Virus record (IMG/VR): IMGVR_UViG_3300050505_000217
DNA from: a virus
Reading direction: 5' to 3' (one strand)
DNA length: 15,451 nt
How positions within the stretch are numbered: position 1 is the first letter of the stretch; every line of letters begins with the position of its first letter. The notes beneath the pieces are model-generated. The model was given only the letters and a program-made list of their open reading frames with translations, searched no databases and was not told the origin of the DNA. The position numbers were made by a program, and so were the translations under genes. Positions 5,442 to 10,569 of the stretch are shown here, piece after piece.

Positions 5442-6026
5442 ATGATCGCCGCCCTGTACGTCGAGGCCGGCGGGGTCTACACCGACGTCGCCGACGTCGA
5501 CACCTGGGACATCGCCCGTGACGCCCGCACCTATCCCGGGCCGTGGCCGGTGGTCGCCCACCCGCCGTGCAACCGGTGGTGCCAACTGGCCCCGGTCAAC
5601 GCCGCCCGCTACGGCACACCGATCGGCGACGACGACGGCACGTTCGCCGCCGCCCTGGCCGCGGTGCGCCGATGGGGCGGGGTGCTCGAGCATCCCGCCT
5701 ACTCGTTGGCGTGGCCCCGGTTCGACCTGCCCACACCCCGCCGCGGCGCCTGGACCCAGTCCCTCACCGACCCCGGGATGGTCACCGAGATATCCCAGGT
5801 GATGTACGGACACCGGGCCCGCAAACGGACCTGGCTGTACGCCGTCGGGGTCCAACCCCTCGACCTGCAATGGGGCGAACGACCCGGCCGTGTCGTCGTC
5901 GGCGCCGGCGTCCACACCGGTGAGTGCGCCGGACGGGGCCGCGCCGAACGTGACGTCCGCACCCCGCCCGCGTTCCGCGACGTTCTCGTCACGCTGGCCC
6001 GATCGGCGGTCACCGTTGGCCGATGA
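5442..6026 (+). CDS. Truncated DNA cytosine-5 methyltransferase-like protein (catalytic-core motifs only)
   Basis: ATG 5442. VVAHPPCNRW (Cys43), GVLEHPAYS (Glu83), MYGHRARKRTWLY and the C-terminal RTPPAFRDVLVTLA occur in the order and spacing of C5-MTase motifs IV, VI, VIII and X. At 194 aa there is no room for a normal AdoMet subdomain or target-recognition domain. Confidence 0.5.
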   Translation: MIAALYVEAGGVYTDVADVDTWDIARDARTYPGPWPVVAHPPCNRWCQLAPVNAARYGTPIGDDDGTFAAALAAVRRWGGVLEHPAYSLAWPRFDLPTPRRGAWTQSLTDPGMVTEISQVMYGHRARKRTWLYAVGVQPLDLQWGERPGRVVVGAGVHTGECAGRGRAERDVRTPPAFRDVLVTLARSAVTVGR

Positions 6027-6138
6027 ACCGCTGTTCGTCTGCCCGCGGTGTGGAACCGCGCTGCACCAGATCGCGCCGACACGGTGGTACTGCCATGCCT
6101 GTCGAATGGCCGTGCATCCGAAGACCGGCGATGAGTGA
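6016..6138 (+). CDS. Mini zinc-ribbon protein (40 aa), paralogue of the N-terminus of the next gene
   Basis: I propose TTG 6016 as the start. The product (L/M)ADEPLFVCPRCGTALHQIAPTRWYCHACRMAV aligns residue for residue with MSDQPLFACAECGQIL of 6131..7006. GC3 is about 30/40 in this frame. The competing ATG 6023 frame gives Arg-rich junk. Confidence 0.55.
   Translation: MADEPLFVCPRCGTALHQIAPTRWYCHACRMAVHPKTGDE
6022..6042 (+). repeat. 21-nt direct repeat, copy 1 (19/21 identical to 6137..6157)
   Basis: Compare gatgaaccgctgttcgtctgc with gatcaaccgctgttcgcctgc, 115 nt apart. They encode the D(E/Q)PLF(V/A)C start of the two zinc ribbons. Confidence 0.85.
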
Positions 6139-7006
6139 TCAACCGCTGTTCGCCTGCGCCGAGTGCGGCCAGATTCTCCCGCTCGACCAATGGGCGAGAC
6201 ATCACTGTCTCGCGCCAGCGGTCAAGAATCCGGCACTTGCCCGGTTCTACCTCGGTACCCACATGCCCGCCTGGCTGACCCGTGTCGACGTTCCCCTGTT
6301 CGTCTCCCAACGCCGCCTCGCCAAACGTCGCACATACCGACCGGCCCACACCCGATGGGCGCTCGACTCGGGGGCGTTCACCGAGATCTACCTCTACCGC
6401 GAGTACGCCACCACACCGGCCGCCTACATCGCCGCCGCCCGCCGCTACCGCGACGAGATCGGCCGGCTCGACTGGATCGCCCCACAGGACCACATGTGTG
6501 AGCCGTTCGTCCTCGCCACTTCCCGCATCGCCCGCACCGTCCCGACCGCCCAACGCCACACCGTCGACAACTACCTGACGTTGCGGACCCTCGCCCCCGA
6601 TCTGCCGATCATCCCCGTGTTGCAAGGCCAGACGCTGGCCGACTACTGGCGGTGCGCCGACATGTACGAACGTGCCGGCGTCGACCTGCACCGTGAACGT
6701 CTCGTCGGCCTGGGGTCGGTGTGCCGACGTGAGGCAACCGACGAGATCGCGCAGCTCGTCGCCAACCTGTCAGCCGACGGCCTGCGACTGCACGGGTTCG
6801 GGGTGAAGACAGACGGGCTGCGCCGTTACGGTTGGTGTCTCACGTCGGCTGATTCGATGGCGTGGTCGTATCGGGGTCGCAACATCCACCCGTGTCCACA
6901 CACCGGGGTGAAGTCCTGTGCCAACTGTCTGCCCCACGCCCTGGCCTGGCGGGAGCGGGCGATCGCCGCCGTGCCTCGCCCCGTACAACTGGGACTAGCG
7001 GTGTGA
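6131..7006 (+). CDS. dpdA: DpdA-like DNA (7-deazaguanine) transglycosylase, TGT superfamily, with an N-terminal zinc ribbon
   Basis: ATG 6131 overlaps the upstream ORF by 8 nt. Motifs in order: FYLGTHMPAWL, PLFVS, ALDSGAF (Asp79), APQDHMCEP, IPVLQG, GLGSVCRR, LHGFGVK, SADSMAWS (Asp241), and a C-terminal Cys/His cluster HPCPHTGVKSCANCLPH. This matches my memory of the DpdA family and the TGT catalytic landmarks. Not searched. Confidence 0.7.
   Translation: MSDQPLFACAECGQILPLDQWARHHCLAPAVKNPALARFYLGTHMPAWLTRVDVPLFVSQRRLAKRRTYRPAHTRWALDSGAFTEIYLYREYATTPAAYIAAARRYRDEIGRLDWIAPQDHMCEPFVLATSRIARTVPTAQRHTVDNYLTLRTLAPDLPIIPVLQGQTLADYWRCADMYERAGVDLHRERLVGLGSVCRREATDEIAQLVANLSADGLRLHGFGVKTDGLRRYGWCLTSADSMAWSYRGRNIHPCPHTGVKSCANCLPHALAWRERAIAAVPRPVQLGLAV
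6137..6157 (+). repeat. 21-nt direct repeat, copy 2
   Basis: See 6022..6042. Confidence 0.85.
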
Positions 7007-7018
7007 GCTGGGCCGACC

Positions 7019-7393
7019 GTGGCTGACCCTGCCTACCGTGAGCCCGCCTACCTGGCGGCGCTGTCGGTGCTGGCCGGCGGTGAGCATCGGTGTGTGTGGT
7101 GCGGGGCCCGGGCCTCGACACCCGATCACGTCCCGGCGTTGGCCGATCACCGCCACGTCGCCGGGTCGGGGTGCTGTCGGTTGGCGCCGGCGTGTCGTCG
7201 TTGCCAGTCGGCGGGAGGGGCGCAGGTGTCGAACCGTCGTCGTCGCGCGTCGTCGCGGTCGCGTCTCGCTCCGGGCTCGAGCGTTCTTGGATCGGGGGGA
7301 GCGGTTGGACGCCGCCGGCGTCCGGGTTCTCTCTCCCGCCGGGCCGGGACGCCCCGCGTAACTACGGTTCGGCCCGATGCGGACCGATCGTGA
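7019..7393 (+). CDS. HNH endonuclease (packaging-associated type)
   Basis: GTG start. CVWCG...TPDHVP...RLAPACRRCQSAGG is a CxxC / DH / CxxC HNH zinc-finger layout. It lies directly upstream of the terminase genes. The C-terminal ~50 residues are Arg/Ser/Gly-rich with weaker codon bias. Confidence 0.7.
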   Translation: MADPAYREPAYLAALSVLAGGEHRCVWCGARASTPDHVPALADHRHVAGSGCCRLAPACRRCQSAGGAQVSNRRRRASSRSRLAPGSSVLGSGGAVGRRRRPGSLSRRAGTPRVTTVRPDADRS

Positions 7394-7794
7394 CCCGTCC
7401 GCCCACGCCGCACCTGCCGGGCCTGGGCGACGACACCGGTGCCCGTGTCGCCCGGGTCCGCCGGTACGTCGACCGCCAGCTGCGGGCCCAACGGGCGATG
7501 GGCCAGATCGAACCGGTCGACGCCGGACTGGTCGGCCTGGCGATGACCGCGGCGGACGCGATCGACCGCGACGTCGCCGACCCGGACGTGTCCAGCTTCA
7601 CGCTGTACCGCGGGATCGACGTCACCGCCCGCCTGTTGCTCGAGCTGCGCGGGGAGCGCCGTGACAGCGCCGGCGATCTCGGCTACGACGACGAACTGGC
7701 ACGCCTCACCGCCGAGATTCGCGACGCCGCGCGATCCCGAGCGTCCGACCACGGGCCCGTCGACCCTGGCCCACCTGACCCGTCTGCGCCGTAG
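7390..7794 (+). CDS. Putative terminase small subunit
   Basis: GTG 7390 overlaps the HNH stop (GTGA). The 134-aa helical protein lies immediately upstream of, and overlaps, the large terminase. The call rests on position and size only. The upstream part of track ORF 7090..7794 is Arg/Gly-rich and overlaps the HNH gene. Confidence 0.5.
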   Translation: MTRPPTPHLPGLGDDTGARVARVRRYVDRQLRAQRAMGQIEPVDAGLVGLAMTAADAIDRDVADPDVSSFTLYRGIDVTARLLLELRGERRDSAGDLGYDDELARLTAEIRDAARSRASDHGPVDPGPPDPSAP

Positions 7795-9187
7795 ACCGCC
7801 GTACCCGTGGCAGTGGGATGTCGCCGACGTCGCCGGCGAGATCAACGACGACGGCACCGGGTTCCGTTACGGCGTGGTGGTGCTGTCGGTGCCGCGCCGC
7901 GCCGGCAAGACGACCCTGTCGCTCGCCGTCAACCTGGACCATCTCGACATCACGTCGGATCAGCGCGCCTGGTACACCGCGCAACGACGCGAGACCGCGG
8001 CCAAGCTGTTTCGCGACGAGTGGGTGCCGATGCTCGAGCCGTTGTCGCGGCTGTACCGGTTGCGCCGCTCCCAGGGGTCCGAAGGTGTCCACAAACGCCG
8101 CGGTTCGTCCCGCCTGCAGTTGTTCGCCCCGACCGCCGACGCGTTGCACTCGACCAACGCCGACACCGTCACCGTGGACGAGGCGTGGGCGTTCGACGTG
8201 GAATCCGGCGAAGCGTTGGAAGGTGGCATCCGCCCCGCCCAGTTGACCCGGCCGTGGCGTCAGACCTGGATCGTGTCGGCCGGCGGCACCGTCGAGTCGA
8301 CGTGGTGGGACCGTTGGCTGACCGCCGGCGCGTCCGGACTGCCCGGCGTCGCCATGTTCGACTACGGCGCCGACCCGACCGACCCGGGCTACGACCCGGC
8401 CGACCCGGCGGTGTGGGTCGGCGCCCATCCGACCGCCGGGATCGCGTTCGGCCTCGACGTGTTGCACCGGGAATGGGCGATCCGCGAATCGGACGCCGCG
8501 TTTGAACGGGCCTACCTGAACGTGTGGCCCCGCCCGTCGGAGGTGCTGGCGGCCGCCGGGGTGGACCTGGCGTTGTGGTCCGCCGCCGCCCGTCCGTCCG
8601 TCTCGGTGACGTCGGTGCGGGCGGTGGCGTTCGACGTCGCCGGCGACCGCTCGAGCGCCGCGGTCGCCGTGGCCGGCCCCGGCCCCGACGGTGCCACCGT
8701 GGTCGAAGTGATCGACGCCCGCCGCGGTGTCGGCTGGTTGGCCGCCGCCGTGCGCGACGCCCGCCGCGCCCATCCCGGCGCCCGTGTCGTCGCCGATTCG
8801 TTGGTCACCGCCGGGGTCATCGCCGAGCTGCGCCGGGTCCGGGTCGCCGTCGACCCGGTCGGCGCCGGCGACCACGCCCGGGCCTGCGGCGCGTTCTTGG
8901 ACGCCCTCGCCGACGGACGGCTGTCCCACCGCGCCCAGGCCGTGTTGGACGACGCCGTGATCGGCGCCGCCCGCCGACCGTTGGGCGACGCCTGGTTGTG
9001 GTCGCGGGCCCGGTCCGGGGTCGACATCTCGCCGTTGGTGGCGGTGACCCTGGCGGCGTGGTCGGTCGCCGTCGCCGCCCCCCGTGGCCGTGGCGCCGTC
9101 GTCGTCGCCGCTCCCGATCGCCCGGCCCCCAGGTACCCGGCGGGCCGTTTCGGCCGTCCTGGGGCCACCGGGGCGTCGATGCGTTGA
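7661..9187 (+). CDS. Terminase large subunit
   Basis: Features seen are Walker A VPRRAGKTT, a Walker B-like TVTVDEAW, and PYPWQW upstream of the P-loop. The product is 508 aa. GTG 7661 (after GGGGAG 7651-7656) is the only canonical in-frame start upstream of the conserved N-terminal motifs, and it gives a 134-nt overlap with the previous gene. Confidence 0.8.
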   Translation: MTAPAISATTTNWHASPPRFATPRDPERPTTGPSTLAHLTRLRRRPPYPWQWDVADVAGEINDDGTGFRYGVVVLSVPRRAGKTTLSLAVNLDHLDITSDQRAWYTAQRRETAAKLFRDEWVPMLEPLSRLYRLRRSQGSEGVHKRRGSSRLQLFAPTADALHSTNADTVTVDEAWAFDVESGEALEGGIRPAQLTRPWRQTWIVSAGGTVESTWWDRWLTAGASGLPGVAMFDYGADPTDPGYDPADPAVWVGAHPTAGIAFGLDVLHREWAIRESDAAFERAYLNVWPRPSEVLAAAGVDLALWSAAARPSVSVTSVRAVAFDVAGDRSSAAVAVAGPGPDGATVVEVIDARRGVGWLAAAVRDARRAHPGARVVADSLVTAGVIAELRRVRVAVDPVGAGDHARACGAFLDALADGRLSHRAQAVLDDAVIGAARRPLGDAWLWSRARSGVDISPLVAVTLAAWSVAVAAPRGRGAVVVAAPDRPAPRYPAGRFGRPGATGASMR

Positions 9188-9207
9188 CGTCGTTACGTAA
9201 CGACGTC
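9186..9207. repeat. Perfect 22-bp palindrome GACGTCGTTACGTAACGACGTC
   Basis: Verified to be its own reverse complement. It overlaps the last two bases of the TerL stop codon (9185-9187) and sits in a short, relatively AT-rich spacer. Confidence 0.9.
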
Positions 9208-9221
9208 GTACGTCGCGATCG

Positions 9222-9386
9222 ATGGCAACGAAATCTTCCGCCGATCCCGCCGCCGACCTGGCCGCCGGGAAGATCGATGACACCGAGTTTCACCGCCGCA
9301 TCGCCGAAGCCGGCGCCGCCGCGACGACCGCCGAAGCGTTGAACCCCCCCGACGCCGGCACCGGCGCCGCCGCCCCCACCACCTGA
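9222..9386 (+). CDS. Hypothetical small protein (54 aa, Ala-rich)
   Basis: Not in the supplied ORF track (below its length cutoff). Translated by hand: ATG 9222 to TGA 9384-9386 gives MATKSSADPAADLAAGKIDDTEFHRRIAEAGAAATTAEALNPPDAGTGAAAPTT. GC3 is high and it fills the TerL-portal gap. No obvious SD. Confidence 0.4.
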   Translation: MATKSSADPAADLAAGKIDDTEFHRRIAEAGAAATTAEALNPPDAGTGAAAPTT

Positions 9387-9390
9387 CGCG

Positions 9391-10569
9391 ATGGCGCGTC
9401 GGTGGGGGGAGCGGCTGGCCGGTCTGCTCGAGTTCGGCGCCGGCGTCCCCGTCCTGCCGTCGGGGGCGCCGGTGGCCGCCGCCGCGCCGGCGCGCCGTGG
9501 GGTCAACGTGTCCCGCGGGTTCTCGTCGCCGACGGTGCCGTGGGGCCTGGGCCCGCCGTTGGCCCCGGTCGACGTCGCCGACGGATGGGGCCTGGTCGAC
9601 CGTGACGCGGCGATGTCGTTGCCGACGATCCAACGGGGCCGTGACCTGATCGTCTCGGCGGTGTCGGCGTGTCCGTTCACGTTGTGGCGCACCGACCGGA
9701 CCGTGATCCCCCCGACCGACGAACGCATCGGCGACGCCGGATGGTTCGACACGCCCGACCCCGATCAGACCTGTCAGTGGCTGTTGGCGTGGACGGTGGA
9801 CGACCTGTTGTTCTACTCCGACGCCTACTGGCGGGTCACCGCCCGCTACGCCGACACCGGCTACCCGCGGGCGTTCCGCCGGATCGCCCCGGGCTGTCTC
9901 GACGTGCGCGACGGGTTCGTCATGGTCACCGACCCGCTGTACAACGACGGCCGGCCCGAACGTGTCGAGCTCGCCGACGTGATCGAGTTCTGCTCCCCGC
10001 TGGAAGGGCTGTTGAACAACGGCGGGCGGGCCATCGGGATCGCCCTGTCGTTGGACGCCGCCGCCGCCCGGTTCGCCGACAACGAAGTCCCCGCCGGCTA
10101 CCTGCGCCAACGCGAAGGGTCCGAGGATCTGACCACCGCCGAGATGGCCGACGAGACGGCGGCGTGGACGATCGCCCGGCGCACCGGCACCGTCGCCTAC
10201 CTCAACCAGTGGACCGAGTACGTCGAGGCGTCCTACGACCCGTCCCGGATGCAGGTCGTGGAAGGGCGCACCTATCAGGCGCTCGAGCTGTCCCGCCTGG
10301 CGAACATTCCGCCCTATCTGACCGGCGCCCCCGCCGGTACCGGGATGACTTATCTGAACGCCGAACAGGCCAAGGCCGACCTGATCGATTTCGGCGCCGC
10401 CCCGCTGATCACCTGTCTGGAACAGACGTTGTCGGGGCCACGGGTGACACCGCGGGGCCAACACGTCCGCTTGGACCTGAACGTGTGGCTGCGCAACCCG
10501 TTCAACCCGCCGACCCCGCTGTCCCAGCCCGAGGTGCCCGCCCCGCCCGTCACCGAGGTGCCGTCGTGA
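9391..10569 (+). CDS. Portal protein
   Basis: The 392-aa ORF lies between the terminase and the protease/capsid gene. Size and sequence style fit HK97-family portals. ATG 9391 lies 4 nt after the preceding small ORF. Confidence 0.8.
   Translation: MARRWGERLAGLLEFGAGVPVLPSGAPVAAAAPARRGVNVSRGFSSPTVPWGLGPPLAPVDVADGWGLVDRDAAMSLPTIQRGRDLIVSAVSACPFTLWRTDRTVIPPTDERIGDAGWFDTPDPDQTCQWLLAWTVDDLLFYSDAYWRVTARYADTGYPRAFRRIAPGCLDVRDGFVMVTDPLYNDGRPERVELADVIEFCSPLEGLLNNGGRAIGIALSLDAAAARFADNEVPAGYLRQREGSEDLTTAEMADETAAWTIARRTGTVAYLNQWTEYVEASYDPSRMQVVEGRTYQALELSRLANIPPYLTGAPAGTGMTYLNAEQAKADLIDFGAAPLITCLEQTLSGPRVTPRGQHVRLDLNVWLRNPFNPPTPLSQPEVPAPPVTEVPS

Noticed and set aside
5116-5445. ORF 5116..5445 (109 aa)
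   Set aside because: It is an Arg/Pro-rich off-frame translation overlapping the better-supported 5153..5431 gene.
6023-6130. ATG 6023 (an ATGA overlap with the upstream stop) as the start of the DpdA-like gene
   Set aside because: The first 36 codons give MNRCSSARGVEPRCTRSRRHGG.. with poorer GC3. The alternative frame encodes a clean CxxC..CxxC zinc ribbon that is paralogous to the sequence after ATG 6131.
7090-7389. The 5' extension of the 234-aa ORF upstream of GTG 7390
   Set aside because: It overlaps the HNH gene in another frame and is Arg/Gly/Ser-rich. The GTGA junction at 7390 and the change to helical, balanced composition mark the likely small terminase start.
9669-10565. The 5' extension of the 858-aa ORF upstream of GTG 10566
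   Set aside because: It overlaps almost the whole portal gene in another frame and translates to Arg/Pro-rich junk. The GTGA junction at 10566 and the onset of protease-like sequence mark the real start.
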